A DNA stretch of 64,000 bases from Okamejei kenojei (GCA_035221665.1 CM069159.1:25482001-25546000), one strand, 5' to 3'; shown: positions 49,830 to 63,891, counted from the stretch's first letter. Program-made: numbers and translations. Notes: generated from the letters alone by a model not told the origin.

Positions 49830-50800
49830 AGAAAATTGACTGAGAGTCGGAAGGCAAAGAGTGGGGATTTTCTGTTTGGCTGCCGGTGACTAATGGTGTT
49901 CCACAGGGGTTGGCGATGGGACTGCTACATTCACGTTGTATATTAATGAATTGGATGATGGAATTGATGGCTTTGTGGCTAGGTTTGCGGATGATATGAA
50001 TTGAAGTGAAAGGGCAGGTAGTGTAGAGGACGCAGGGAGTCTGCAGAACGACTTGGACAGGTCGGGAAAGTGGGCAAAGAAGTGGCAGATGGAATACAGC
50101 TTAGTAAAGTGTGCAGTCAAGCAATTTGGTAGTGGGAATAAAAATGTAGACTATTTTCTAAATGTGGAGAGGATTCAGTAATCAGAGGTGCAACAGGATT
50201 TGGTAGTGCTGGTGCAGGATTCCCATTAGGTTCATTTGCAGGTTAAATTAGTAGAATGGAAGGCAAATGCAATGTAAGCATTCATTTCAAGTGGACTTGA
50301 ATACAATAGCAGGGATGTAATGCTGTGGTATAAGGCACTGGTCAGACTGCATTTCGAGTATTGTGAGCAGTTTTGGGGCCCATATCAGAGGAGGGATGCC
50401 CTGGCATTACAGGAATGATCCAAGGGATGATTAGATTAACGTCTAACAACAACGAGCCTGTATTCGCTGGAATTTAGAAGGATGAGGGGGAATCTCATTG
50501 AAACTTACTGAATAGTGAAAGGCCTGGATAGAGTGGATCCAGAGAGGATTTTTTTAACTAGTGGGAGATTCGAGGACCAGAAGGCACAGACTCAGGATAA
50601 AAGGATGTACCTGGAGAAAGATGAGGAGGAATTTATTTAGCCAAACAATGGTGAATCTGTGGAATTCATTGCCAGACGGCTGTCGATGTTATGGGGAGAA
50701 GGCAGAAGAATGGGGTTGAGAGGGAAAGATAGATTAGTCATGATTGAATGGCAGAGTAGACGTGATGGGCCAAATGGCCTAATTCTGCTCCAATAACTTA
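49830..50800 (+). mobile_element. CR1-type LINE fragment (RT to 3' end), flanked by older LINE-like debris at about 48750-51400
   Basis: 'VTNGVPQG', 'YINELDDG', 'ARFADD' and 'LQNDLDR..KWAKKWQM', followed by a CR1 3' UTR. Confidence 0.8.
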
Positions 50801-51561
50801 TGAACCCAAGCACAAATCACTATGCACAACACTTGTAAATATTGCCAAAGAGAAAAAGACCCATTTGTGCCTTCACTTTGTTTCCTGTTAGCCAGACAAT
50901 ATTTTAATCTTTCCATTGTGTTACCTTCTACACCAGCTTTGATTTTCCACAAACTCTCCACTTGTCATGCTGAGTGCGCCTCCAAACATTTGCAAGAAGC
51001 TGGACACCATCCAGAACAGTGTAATCTGCTTGATTGGCATCCAGTCCACCCTAAACTTCCAGTCTGTCCATCGCCACAGGCCAGAAGCTGCCGTCTGTAA
51101 ACCCACTGTAATTATATCCCCAGCATCTCCCAAATCTGCAACCATCAAAAAGAAAAGGTAGCACATGCACGTGAATAACCCACATGATTACTTTCCAGTC
51201 GCATAACCTGATTTGGAAATATACTGCCATTCCCTCATTATGGTTAGGTTTAACTCCTTGAACACCCTCCCAGCAGTTCTGTGGAAGCACAGTTCCAAAA
51301 GGACTGCAGTGGTTCAGTGCTCATAGTTTTCAGTTTTCTAAATGACTATTCAGGATGGGCAATAATTGCTGGCCTAGCCAAAAAAGCATACATCTTGAAA
51401 AACGATGTGGTTAAAATAAAGAAACAGGATTTGTTCTCAGAGGTACACTCCCATGAGAGGCCAGTGCCTGCATTCAGCAGTCCTCCCTTATCTAGGTGTC
51501 AGGGAGTGAACTGCTACCCTCGGCCTCTGGCTCTATAGAGGAGTCCTCCAATTAAACCCAC

Positions 51562-51669
51562 CCCTTCTGCAAAAGACAACTCCAGCTGATTCAATTTTTC
51601 TTCCTTCTTTCGTAGCAACTCCTGTCCCTTCTTCATCGTTAACTTCATTTCATCCAGATGCCGGGCTTC
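51562..51669 (-). CDS. CEP164: CEP164 exon ([36 protein letters not shown])
   Basis: AG/GTGGGT boundaries, 108 nt, phase 0 to 0. Conserved coiled-coil segment. Confidence 0.92.
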
Positions 51670-52271
51670 CTAAAGCAACACAGAAGAACAGGAGCAATGG
51701 GACAGGCACCCAAGCAAGTGGATACAAAGCGCTTGCATGATATTCACAGTTATAGAGAAACCCGCACTATTGGCAATCATTCTTCCAAATCACAGTCGTC
51801 GAAATGTGGCAAATTTGTTGACCAATACCAAAGATGGTCCATGCAACTTCAGGTGACATTTAGTCACCAAAAAAAAAAAAATCAGGTTCCAAACTTATCT
51901 CAATGTTAGTCTAGCCACATCTATTAGAAGAGTACATACCTTGCTAGAGTGAGATTAGATACTGAGGGTAAAACTACAAAGAAATATTACTTGTTGAAAT
52001 TGATTGGACTTACAAGCAGAACGTTTTTATTTGACAGGGTTACCATAAGGTTACCAACGGCTGTGAGGTCTTACAAAAGTAAAGCTAAAAAGAGATTGAG
52101 ATGTAAAATGCTAACTTTAAGAAGATCGTGACATTGATTGGTTAAACATGTCACAAATTTATATTATTCTCCTAAAAGATATTCTAATCTATTGTTAATG
52201 TATAAAATGCGAAGAAGGAAGAGTTTCCTTTATTGTAAGATGGGGCCTCTGTGCATTTCTGAATTCCTCAC

Positions 52272-52479
52272 CTGATCCAGGTTTTTCCAGACATCCTGCA
52301 GAATGTGTGAGCTCTCTGGGTCCTGCACCTGGTCTTGTGCTTTCCTCATGTCATGCCTCCACTGCTGCTTGGCTGACTTGAGCGCTGTCTGTCGCTTCCT
52401 CAGGGAGCGGGTTTGTTTCACGAGGAACTCCTTGGCTTTATTGATAGACAGCCCTTCCGCGGAGATATAGTATCGTACA
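52272..52479 (-). CDS. CEP164: CEP164 exon (N/VRYYISAEGLSINKAKEFLVKQTRSLRKRQTALKSAKQQWRHDM...KNLDQ)
   Basis: AG/GTGAGG boundaries, 208 nt, phase 2 to 0. 'AKEFLV.QTRS.R.RQTALK.A.Q.WRH' is a recognisable CEP164 block. Confidence 0.93.
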
Positions 52480-53383
52480 CTGTCATAGGTAAATGAGCCA
52501 GTCATTTTAGCTATTGATTTAAATCAGTCAGCTTCAAATCTTTACAGATCATAACTATTTTTTCTCCTGTTGTTCCTGAAATCAAGATTGTTCTCAACTT
52601 ATCTTTTTCAGCACTGAAAATCTCCACCGATCTCATGTCTTTTAGTTTAGAGAGACAGCGCGGATACAGTCAGTTTGGCCTACCCAGTCAGCGCCAACCA
52701 TAGACTAATAGTATCCTACACACTACAGACAATTTACAATTTTACCGAAGCCAATTAACCTACAAACCTGTGCGTCTTCGGAATGTCTTCTCCCTGCTAT
52801 ATACAGACATTTAAAATGACTTGAATACGCCTCATTCTAACTTCCTAATTTGGTTCATCTTCATTGCTAAAGACTGCCCAATGAGACTGTCATCTATTTA
52901 ACATATGGTGTGATCAAGCGTGATTGTCAGAAACATAATCTTAGGGCATGAAAGAATAGAATTATGTCAACTCGGTACAGGCTCACCAAAATATCAAAAT
53001 ATGTGTCAACTTCCTTGAAATATTATCCTTTAGTTGATGCGGAAGGAGAAAAACCTGTTGGTTGAAGAGTTAATATGGCATGTATATACTGGCAATGGAT
53101 AGGTTCCCCCTCTGACAAAGTCCGCAAAAGAGGGAAAATTCAAACTTTCCAACTATATTGGTTGATGACTGATTTATTAGTGTGAATTTTATTTAACTGA
53201 GATTAAATGGGATTCAAAACTCTTGTCTCTGGATGATTAGTCAAGGCCTCTGAATGTTCGGCCATTCATTTAACTACCATGCACCTCTAGTCTATACTAT
53301 TAACTTTTTTATCATGCCAGAACGAAATAGTGTAAATTAAACAGGAAAAAATAACATACAAATATTGTATATTTTGCACATAC

Positions 53384-53445
53384 TTATCCACGCTGACTTG
53401 TTCATCCTCAGTTTTGGGAATGGGAGAGCTACTGTGATTCGGGTA
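53384..53445 (-). CDS. CEP164: CEP164 exon (YPNHSSSPIPKTEDEQVSVD/N)
   Basis: TGCAG/GTATGT boundaries, 62 nt, phase 0 to 2, bridging the neighbouring exons. Confidence 0.78.
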
Positions 53446-54728
53446 CTGCAGAGTTAAACATAAATGAAAGGTAAACATTGTGCTTTAAAATTCGAGTAAA
53501 TATTAATCAACTTGCAATTCAGCCAAATCGAAATAGGTGCTTTCCTGAAATACTGAAAGCAAATGGTTGATTTTGATAAACTAAGGATGAAGAAAGAACA
53601 TTTTACCAGTTTGATAATTTGTAATGATCGGCAGAAATAGAATACCTAATAAAGTTCAGAACAAACTGGTGCAGGAACTCCAGTGGATGTGTTTTGCTAT
53701 TCCTGTGCCTTTTATTAAAAGATGGAACCAGGCCCTTCAGCCCACCAAGTCCACATAGGCCATTAATCAGTGGAGGGAAATGGACAGACTAGCTTTGGGT
53801 CAGGACCCTTCTTCAGAATGATTCCAGCATCTGCAACCTCTGATGTCTCCACCTTAGAGTTATTTATTATCCCAGTGTACAATTCCATAATTCTTCCAGG
53901 TTATCTAATTAGCTGGTGTACTAATTGATTAATACAATGTGTTTTCTTTCTTTAATGCTGAAATTAAGAAATAAGAGGAGAAAACAGTGGAGCAGTTGGT
54001 AGAGCTGCTGCCTCACAGCGTCAGGGACCCGGGTTTGCAGGTTCTGCTGAGACTATGTGGGTTTTCGCCAGGTGCTCCGGATTCCTCCCACATTCCAAAT
54101 ACGTGTAAGTTAATTGGCTCCTGCAAATTGTCCCAAATGTGTAGGGAGTGGATGTGAAAGTGGGATATCATACAACTAGTGTGAATGAATTATCAATGGT
54201 CTATGTGGATTTGTTGGGCTGAAGGACCCATTTCCATGCTGTATCCTTCAATCAAAAGCGCAGGAAAAACAGAACCCATTCTCATCTATAAAGATCTGAT
54301 ATATGTTTTTTTTTAAATCACATTTTTAATTTCAGATTCTACCATGAAATATTATTGCACATCTCTATCTGGATTCTGGTGGATTTTCTCTTTGCAATAG
54401 CTCCTCTTTTTAGTAGAAATTAGCACTTGTCAAACAAAAGACACAAATAATCTGGTCTGTTAAGATAGCTAAACTTGGCATTAAAAATTCAATGAGGAAG
54501 ACCAAATCTCAACAAAACAAGCGTGTATAACCATTTTGGTTTAATTTTGGTACAAACCAAAGGTTTGGAGAAATTTGATGCACCTTTTTAGCTTGAGAAA
54601 GATGATGTCGCTTGAGAAAGATGATGTCTAAGGGATATAACGATAGGCTTAGGGATCCTAATTGTTGAGGAACAATTTTGGCAAAGTACAGACTGAGAAA
54701 GGTCATATTTGCTTTCAATGTTACTCAC

Positions 54729-54846
54729 TTCCTTCTTTAAATCCTCAATATGAAGATCATCCCCTTCTGCACCACCGGAGGCTCCATTGATTACAGGTTT
54801 TTCATTTAAGGTATTTTGCTTCTTTTTAATTGTCACTTCCAATTCA
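54729..54846 (-). CDS. CEP164: CEP164 exon (S/ELEVTIKKKQNTLNEKPVINGASGGAEGDDLHIEDLKKE)
   Basis: Pyrimidine tract plus TAG acceptor, GTGAGT donor; 118 nt; phase 2 to 0. 'L.IEDL.K' motif. Confidence 0.87.
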
Positions 54847-56015
54847 CTAGAAGAGAACGACTTGTCAGACAATGACACTACGGCAGACATGCACAAGCAT
54901 CTTTAGTTGTACCTCACTTTGGAAAGACTGCATTCTCTTGCTGGGCCCCATTCGCCAATGATTCTCCAAATATAAATATTGAATAAACATTATGGTTTTA
55001 TGATTTTATACTCCTCCCCTTCTATCTTTGCTCAGATACCACCTATCGGGGAGGGAGTGGCATCTCCAAGTTGAAAACCTGTGTGTTTATCAAAATTAAT
55101 CCATGCCATTCATTCATCTGTTACACATCTCAAAAATATTTGGGTGGGAAGTAGGTCATATGATGGCTTTGTAATTAATTAATTATGCCGAGGTCTTGAC
55201 ATGATGATGCCGGAGGCATTATTATTATTTGTCATTATTTGAAGAGGCAAAGGCAATCTTGGCAACCATCCCTCTGCCTGTGACGTCTGATAACTAGCTA
55301 TCTGTCTCTTGGCTGTTAATGGAACTTATGGTGAAGCAGCAGCTGCATTTCCTTCAGAACAATGACTAAACCTCAGATCGAGTTATTGTATTTAGTTTAG
55401 TTTAGAGACACAGCATGGAAACCCGTACACCAGCATAATTCTACACGCTAGGGACAATGTACATTTTTTTACCAACGGCAATTAACAAATCTGTACGTCT
55501 TTGGAGTGTGGGAGGAAGCCAGAGCACGCGTAGAAAACCCACACGGTCACAGAGAGAACGTACAAACTCCAAACAGACAGCACTCGTAGTCAGGTTCGAA
55601 CAGAGGTCTCTGGTGCTGTAAGACAGCAACTCCACCGCTGCGCCACTATGCTGTCCCACGCCAACCAACAATCACCCCGTTCACAATAGATCTATGTTAC
55701 CCACTTTCTCATCCACTCCCTACACATTATAGGCAATTTACAGAGGCCAAACAACCTACCAACCCGCACTTATTTGGGATGTGGGTGGATACGGGAGTAT
55801 CCAGAGGAAACCGGAGCACCCAGGGGAAACCAACACGGTCACCGAGAGAACAAGAAGTTTCACTGGGAGCATCCAAGGTTGTTTCACTGGGAGCATCCAC
55901 CATTTGTTTTGTTGATGCATCGCAACATTCTCAGACTTCACACACTGTATGTTATGTGCACCCCTACGTTGTCTCCTCAGAATCCCTTCAAGTCTGTTGA
56001 GCAACAACAAGATAC

Positions 56016-56200
56016 CTGATTCTATTCTGGAGTCGCTGACTTTCATTTCTGAGTGTGTCCACCTCTGTTTGCAGTTCCACCTGTTGGCCCTGTAGCTTGT
56101 CCAAGTTCTGGAGGGACAGGCGAATTGAATCTTGTAAAGAGGACTGCTCTTGTTTTGCTTTTTCTACTTCGTGTTTACTTGGTTGGGAAATAATTATTTT
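56016..56200 (-). CDS. CEP164: CEP164 exon (KIIISQPSKHEVEKAKQEQSSLQDSIRLSLQNLDKLQGQQVELQTEVDTLRNESQRLQNRI/S)
   Basis: AG/GT boundaries, 185 nt, phase 0 to 2. Coiled-coil character. Confidence 0.87.
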
Positions 56201-57120
56201 CTGTAAATATGAATTTAAAAAATGAAGTCAAGTTACTGGCTGCCGTGTTTCAGTGATAATTTCCTAAGGAATTAAAACTCATAGTTTAGATTCATCTAGA
56301 CTATATAGTTACTGGAGATGTTGAAATTTTGTATGGAACTCAATGTGCTTGAGTAACTTAGCAGGTCAGGCAGCACCTTTGGAGAACACCATTACCTCCC
56401 TTCCCCCCCCCTCCCCCCCATTGTTCACAGCAGAAAATTTGTTAGGAGCTGGTGCAGCACTCTTGCTTCCCTCACAAAACCCTTGATCGAGAATCTCCCA
56501 TCTTAAGTTTAGTTTTAGATTTAAGTCACGTGTACCGAGATTACAGTGAAAAGCTCAGGTTTATTCCTTTAGCTGCTCACTTCCTTTGTCTTGGCATTAA
56601 AAATAACTTAAATCACTAAAGTGTCAGAGTTGTTTTCTTTCAGCAACCAAACCTAGCAACCCTCTCTTCCACCCTTTCATCATTACCTCAAAGGATACTA
56701 AAAAGGAAACACATGGTATAGGTGCATGCCAGGCCCTATAGAGAGGGAAAGTACAAAAGGACTCAAAGTGCTGGAGTAACTCAGCAGGTCAGGCAGCAAC
56801 TCTGGAGGACATGGATAAGTGACCTTTCAGGTCGAGACCCTTCTTGACCTGCTCAGTTGCCCCAGCACTCTTGTGTCCTTTTGTGTATTAACCAGCATCT
56901 GCAGTCCCTTCCTACTACAGAAAGAGAAAGTAAATGGTTTTGTGAAAGGTTTCATCCAGATTCGCAGGGAGTCAAAAATGCTGGAGAAACTCAGCGGGTG
57001 AGGCAGCATCTATGGCCACGAAGGAATAGGTGACGTTTCGGGTCGAGACCCTCCTTCATCCAGAATTGCATTCACCATGTTTTATCAGTGTGCATACCAT
57101 CGGGCAAGGTGAGCACTTAC

Positions 57121-57189
57121 AGCTTGGTCTCTCTGCAGCTCATCTTCCTCTGCACAGAGCTGTTGCTTCCTCAGTTTCAATGACATTTC
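57121..57189 (-). CDS. CEP164: CEP164 exon (EMSLKLRKQQLCAEEDELQRDQA)
   Basis: TTTCAG/GTAAGT boundaries, 69 nt, phase 0 to 0. Confidence 0.82.
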
Positions 57190-59347
57190 CTGAAATGTAC
57201 AAGAAACAATTTGTGTCACAAAGGTAACCTGATGGATTCAAGTCTCCAGGGATGCTGCACTACTGCTGTATTATTTTTTTATTAAGGGTTATTGACACAA
57301 GGGTGTGTTTCCACATGTAGTTTGTTGACATTCAACACAACCTATTATTTCATGGGACAAAAGATCTATTCTGGATGGATGAATTAAAAATGATATGCCT
57401 TGTTTATAATTGTCTTGAACCCAATGTTCATTTGAAAAAACGGAGTTTATATTACAGATGGCTAACTCAGCAGAACTAACCAGTTCTGATACAAGTAGAG
57501 AAGGGGAGGTGCCTGCAATTATTGAATTCTATATTAAGATGTCTTTGTTAAAGGAAATAGATCCTTTGTCTTTCTGGGTACATAATTTTACATTTCAATT
57601 AAACCCAATCTCAATCTTTTCAGACCCAAAGAGGAATTCTTTGTCTATCCAGTCCTTCTGAACAGTTAAAATACTTCACTCCTGGAAATATCCTTGTAAA
57701 CCTCTGTGTCATCTATTTTTTAAAAATAAGTTGCATGCATACTTCCTGCAGTGTGGAGTCCAGCTTACATGCAGTGCTAAAGCTGTAGACTAAGGTTTAA
57801 AAAAAAAACACCTAACAAATGATGCCTGTGCTTATACGCAATACTTTGTTAAAAGAGTATGTCTTATGTCATTTTTAACCATCCTCTCAGTCGTTCTGGT
57901 ACCTTCAGCGATCTATGGTGTTTGAACTCCAGGTTCTTAAGTACACCTAGATTTCATGTATTATTTGATGTGTTATTTTATGTTCCCTTGTTGTCTTTAT
58001 ATATACTGTGAGTACTTCTATAGCTCACGGTATATGTTGTAAGTCAGTCTAATTGTACCCATGTTTGAAAAAAATTTGTAATATTACATCTTAGCAGGTG
58101 CTCCCATTTTCCCTTAGGCAGTGTGTTCTGTAACGGAGAATATCAAGAACTATTTTTGGTGCTGTGCTAGTCTGAACTAGTGACAACTGCCTACCGTGCT
58201 TCAGACAAGGATCATGAGCTTCCCAACTATAACTATTTTGATAGAATTTTTGTATTTGCTTTTCACAATGCTGTTCTGTTCCAACCATGTAAATAGGTAA
58301 GTAAGTTTATTGGCCAAGTATTCACATACAAGGAATTTGCCTTGGTGCTCCGCCCACAAGTAAGAACATGACATACAGTGACAGTTACGAATGACTCAGA
58401 AAACACTAAACATTAATAATAATAAAACATTAATGATAAAACACCAACAAAATACCAGATCAAAGGGAGACTACAGATTTTTGGCTGTTGAGTAGAGCAA
58501 CTACTCGTGGATAAAAACTGTTTGTATATCTGGCGGTGGCAGCTTTGACAATCCGGAGATACTCGAGTTTTAGATCCATGCTTGGTTTTAATTAATTTAA
58601 TCTTCTCTTTGCATTTCACTTCTTTTCATTTTTGTTATTTAATCATTCCTGTTCTCCATGGACCTCACCTTCCCAACTTTTTCCTGATTCTGCATTTGCT
58701 TAAAAGCTGTCCTTCCCCATAATCTTCCAATCACCAGTGAAGATTATTACTCTTGCTCTCTCTTTCTCTAATCTTGCCAAAACTATTGAGTGTCCCAGAC
58801 ATTTTGTATTTTAATTTCAGAAAGAGTTCCAGTCCTTTCCTTGAATAATGACTAAAGTTACGCGACTCGTCCAACATATACATTTTCGGAAACATTTTTA
58901 TTGAAGTAAGAATAACACTGCAAATGTTGTGCAGAAAGGAACTGCAGATGCTGGTTTATACCAAAGATAGACACAAAGTGCTGGTGTAACTCAGCGTGTC
59001 AGGCAGCATCTCTGGAGAAAAAGGATGTGTGACATTTTGGGTTAGGACAATTCATCAGTTTGAAGAAGGGTCCAGACCTGAAATGTCACCCAACCTTGTT
59101 CTCCAGAGATGTTTCCTGACCCGCTGAGTTACTGCAGCACTTTGTGTCTATCTTCACTGCACATGTTGTGGCAGATTAATAGGTTAGAAGAGTTTGCAAT
59201 GTCAATAATGATTCAACACACAAACAAATGAATTGTTTTGGTATTTTTCAAAAGCTAAATTCTGTAGCTTTGAAATAGAAAACCTGCCACATTGAGACTG
59301 AATTAGCTCTTGTTCTCTCAGTGTTGTGCGGCACCAAGTTCACCTAC

Positions 59348-59431
59348 CTGATTTTGCAGCAGATTGCACTTGGCTTTCAGTTCTTTGCCTCTCATCTCCA
59401 GCTGCTCCTCAGACTTCTGAACCTTCGATTC
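59348..59431 (-). CDS. CEP164: CEP164 exon (ESKVQKSEEQLEMRGKELKAKCNLLQNQ)
   Basis: TAG/GTAGGT boundaries, 84 nt, phase 0 to 0. Confidence 0.87.
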
Positions 59432-59787
59432 CTACAAGTGCATGGATACATTATGAATGTGGTTCTTGTGCAAATAAACTTAAGTACCAACCTATTTTCT
59501 ATTTCTAATAGGAAAGATCTTTAGCATTGAAATTGCTGCAATTTTATTTCACTGCAATCTTTGTTGTTTGGAACTGTTCTAAAGTAAAAGAATTCATGTA
59601 ACTCCTTGTAAATATGTCAGTCGGGAAAGATAGATTCACTTCTACATTTTAAGTCCCTAAATAACTTTTTGTTTGGAATTATTTTTCATCTATTACAATA
59701 TAAAGCATTGAAAAAATAAAAATGACATTCCAAAGATGATTGCATTTGGAGTTTTGCGTGCAGTTCTAGTCGGCTCATTATAAGAAG

Positions 59788-60529
59788 TGTTAATTCTGGT
59801 TAAATTGGAGCAGCTAGGACTTCAAAATAGGGTTAAGTTTCAGGGTTGCTGGGAGATTTGGTCAAATTGGAATTACTCTCTGCAGAGCTGGGACAAGCTG
59901 CGGAGAGGTGCCAGAGTGTCTGGAGCTCAGATACAATTTGCAAACAAAGAATGGGAAGCCCTGCAAACCCTGTCAATCTGGTGCAAAATGCATAGAATGG
60001 ATTGGATGGCTGCAAACCAGACATGCACCTTGTAAATAATTGTAAATAATGTTGCAGTTTGACTTTGCCAAGTGTTGATTGGACGAGGTGTTGTGCCTTG
60101 TCTGGGTTTTCTGTAAATCAGGGTAAATATTCCCAAGTTGACTTCCTCTCAAAGTCCGTTTTTTGAATACAATGTATTAAACTGTTGTATCATTGGGTTA
60201 GGGGAATGCCTGTTATGTATGCGGTTAATCGATATCTGTAATTGGGTTACTGAGAGACCCCTCGAGATTCCGGACATATAAAAGTCCGCGATCACGAGGC
60301 TCAGCGTTGATCCTCTGGGAGAGCGCTCGGGACTTCTAGAGTGTCTCTGTCTGAGCGAGGCCTAGAGGGCTTGAACAAGCAGACGTGAAGATCGAACCCG
60401 CGGTGGGACAGGTACAGTGTGTGATCTGTGACGCGCTTTTGGTAAAATAAAATGTAGTTGTTTCAAGTGCTTGATTCAGTATTTTTACTGAAACTAGACT
60501 GGGGGGAAGCTTAGAAACGAGTATTATCA
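59788..60529 (+). mobile_element. Solo LTR (742 bp, Gypsy-like) inserted in a CR1 fragment
   Basis: Termini TGTTAAT...ATTATCA; 4-bp TSD GAAG at 59784-59787 and 60530-60533; TATAAAA at 60277-60283; AATAAA at 60446-60451. The flanks rejoin as CR1 sequence CATTATAAGAAGGATGTGGAG (HYKKDVE). Confidence 0.85.
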
Positions 60530-61301
60530 GAAGGATGTGGAGAATTTGGAAATGATGAAAAGGAGGTGCACGAGAATAATGCCTGGATTAGGGGCTATCA
60601 GCAAGGGTGGCATGGACATGGATTGTTTTCTCTAGAATGCCGGAGGTTGTGGGGAGATTTGGTAGAAGTATATAAAATTGAGAGGTATAGATCGGGTTGA
60701 TATTCAGAACTTACATCCCAGGACAGAAATATCAAATACTAGGGGGCATAGCTTTAAGGTGAGAGGTGCAAAGTTTAAAGGAAATGTGCATGACAAGTCA
60801 TTTCTTTTCATAGAGAGGAGTGAGTGGCTGGAATGTGCTGCCTATAGTTATGTTTGGTATACCTGTATATATGGTATATCTGATCTGTTCGGATAGCTTG
60901 CAAATCAAAGCTTTTCACTGTACCTTGGTACTTCTTGGTTCTTGGTCCTCCAAAATATTCCAAATGGAATTTAAACTGGAGGTGGATATTACTGTACCTC
61001 TAAACCTATGTTCAATGCACTTTTGCCACATGCAATTGAGGACCAGTCTAGCCAAGTGCTCTGAGATGCCACTATCGATTAAGCTTCTTGATGAATATCT
61101 GAAACAAGTCTAATACACAGGTTGCTCTTAGCTTAGCAATGTTGTTCATTTGAATCATTCTTCACATAGCTCCTTAAGTGGGTAACAAAGTTAGTAAGAA
61201 GTGTATTATCGGACTGGCCCTCAGGGGAGTGATCAATTCGTCTGCACTTTTCGTTCAGCTGGTATTTTGCAATCATTCAGATTAGCGGCTTTCATGCTTA
61301 C

Positions 61302-61445
61302 TTTTTTTCCATACGACTTTCTCAACTCACTGAGTCGCCCCTCCAGCTCCTGACGAAGGTCTGAAATCTCCCGCTCGTGAAACTTAGTCAGACGTTCGTG
61401 CTCTTCCTGCACCTGCCTTAGAAGGTTACTTCTCTGCTCTTGCTC
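61302..61445 (-). CDS. CEP164: CEP164 exon (EQEQRSNLLRQVQEEHERLTKFHEREISDLRQELEGRLSELRKSYGKK)
   Basis: TTCAG/GTAAGC boundaries, 144 nt, phase 0 to 0. Confidence 0.9.
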
Positions 61446-61846
61446 CTGAACAATGCCAATGAACACACTTGTCAGGCCAACCAAAGTAATGGATATGGAA
61501 ACATATGGCATCGTCATTTACAATTTTATGTTGAAAATGGATTTTAGCACGATGGAATGAGACTGGAACAAATGAGATCACAAACTGCCGGCTGCTCTTC
61601 AACTGTTTGTAGCACGTTTCATGAAGTTCAGCTATTTTCTGCTGCGTTCTCCAAACCTCATATCACCAACAGGAAGATACGCAGCAAATAAAGAACACTA
61701 CTTGCTCAACATCATTTACTTCGCCGGACCCTTACTCGCAATCTAATTTGTAAACGAGCAAATCCCGCACAAATTAAATATTTTATAAACAGGATTAAAA
61801 CACGATTCAAATTGGGTATTTAGGCTGCAAGTGAACATTTTCTCAC

Positions 61847-61969
61847 CTTTTCTTCATATTCTTCTCTAATTCTGTCCATGGTTTGCTGATGCTCTTCTTT
61901 AATCTTCTCCAGTTTCATCTCATGGTCCTTTTCAACGTCATCGCGTTTTTCTTTCAGCAAGTCACTTAA
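61847..61969 (-). CDS. CEP164: CEP164 exon (LSDLLKEKRDDVEKDHEMKLEKIKEEHQQTMDRIREEYEEK)
   Basis: TAG/GTGAGA boundaries, 123 nt, phase 0 to 0. 'LS.LL.EKR..VE..HE..L.K.KEEHQQ' motif. Confidence 0.92.
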
Positions 61970-63891
61970 CTATAATCACCATTGACAGAGGAAAGCAAAT
62001 ATCGGTTACCAACACATTTTTTTGAACGACTCAAAATGTAGAGATTTATAGCTGCTTGTTTGACAACATATTTAGCAATAAAACTACTGCATTAAACAAT
62101 AAAATCCACACTGGTCGACACAAGGAAATAAAATGAGCAACCCGCAGCATGTTTAAAATCATTAGGTCCCAATCATTAAAAATGGCATCTTCTTATGTGG
62201 AGACTGCACAACCGTCAGCATACTCAAGCCCTTCATTTTGCTACAAGATTGTAGACCAGGCAGTAATCTCTGTTTTTGGTTTCTCAATTTTTTCACTGAA
62301 ATTTGAGAAACCCATTTTTTTTTAAAATTCCGTATATTTGCATTTTGTTGCCTTCCCAGCTGATTAAGATAATATAACTGCCCAAATCTTGGAAATATTG
62401 ATCTGGATATTTGAAAAGCAGAAGGAAGTAAATGTGAATTATTTCGGCATGTTTTTTAATATTCATTGCTTCTTGGAATGCTGAAGAACAGAAGGAGAGC
62501 AATTGTTCCCAGTGCATGTCAATACCTTTTCCAAGAAGCATGCAAATTAGTCCAACATGTCTGTTTTCCCCTTATTTGCAACAAACACAGTTAGACTACT
62601 CTGTCCAGTAAGGGATGGTGAATATATTGCTGTAATTTGCATTTTGGGATGGTGATAACAACAGAACAACAACAGAATCTTACATCTGATACAATGTGCT
62701 CTCAGGTTTCTGAAGCCAAGCTCACTTCAGGGAAATATTTGATGTATTACACCAAAATATTATTGTACCAGTATTGTATTATACCAGTAATGAAGGTGCT
62801 CCAGATAGTGGGCATGAGGACTATGTAGGAAAATGGTTATGATAGGAAGCTTGCCTAATTGAAGCAGATACATTTCATATGACCCGTCTTGCTAGCAAAA
62901 GCTGTTGGGCAAAGCTGTTCTCCTTGGAAAACCAAGGTTTAGTAGGCCTGGCGCTTGCTCTGTTCCAGAACCCAGCTTCTTAAGAAGATTACGATAGAAC
63001 TTTATTTACCCCAGGAGGGAAATGATTTTGCCAGCATTAACTTGTTTGAGCACATCATTATGATGTAGCATCAGTTCTCCTTCAAGAATGCAGTTTCAGA
63101 CACAATGGAAAGTGGGTGCCATGCAGTCTGATAGCTACCAGATTTTGGGTTAAACCTGCACCCGGAAATGGTTCAAAATTGCTAGAGTTTTAAAAGAGAC
63201 CATTGGTGTAGGTGGGGGCGGTCGTGATTGATCGTCTCATAAAGAAAGATTTCATTTACCCCAGGTTTCTCCTGCCCTTGCACAACCAACAGAAATAGAG
63301 GATGTTTTGGAATGTTATTATTTAATCTCCTGATGGAAGTAGGACATGGAGAGCTGAAGGCACTTATTGTTACCAGAGCTCTGTGATGTACCATTCTTGA
63401 ACATGTAGTTTAGGTCAACGTCTTGAGTCTCACTAATAAAAGAAAATTCAATTTCACCTTGCCATTTGCTATTTTAGTGTACAGCACAGTATAAAAATAG
63501 GGTTGGGTACTATTACTATGGTGTATCACATATAGATTCGCCAGCTTGAGAGACTGGCCTGTAGAAAGCCTAATTGGTCTGCAAAAGCTAACCGCAGGGA
63601 GATGACCCAATTCTTATTAATTAATGTTTAAAACCCAGCATTGTAGGGATGGATGTGCAATTGCACGGTACACATTAGATATCATTACAGAGTCTGCAGT
63701 TATTAATTTAAACATCACATAAAACATCATATCGTTCAATAGTAACCAATCGATCACTAAGTGATGTACACTAACGGAAATTGTTCATTGGAAAGTTGAA
63801 CTTTGAAAGATATTTTTCTTCATTTTGAAAATCTGTTCTGACATTACCATCCACCCCTAGATAAGAACAAGGAGACTATGTAGTTGCTCAC

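Noticed and set aside
54590-54630. Short tandem duplications (also at about 5845-5900, 6651-6680 and 55857-55900)
   Set aside because: Two-copy slippage or repair duplications with no further structure.
54847-56015. Donor GTATCTTG resembles a U12 5' splice site
   Set aside because: It lacks the CC at +5/+6, and the acceptor has a normal pyrimidine tract, so I treated it as U2-type.
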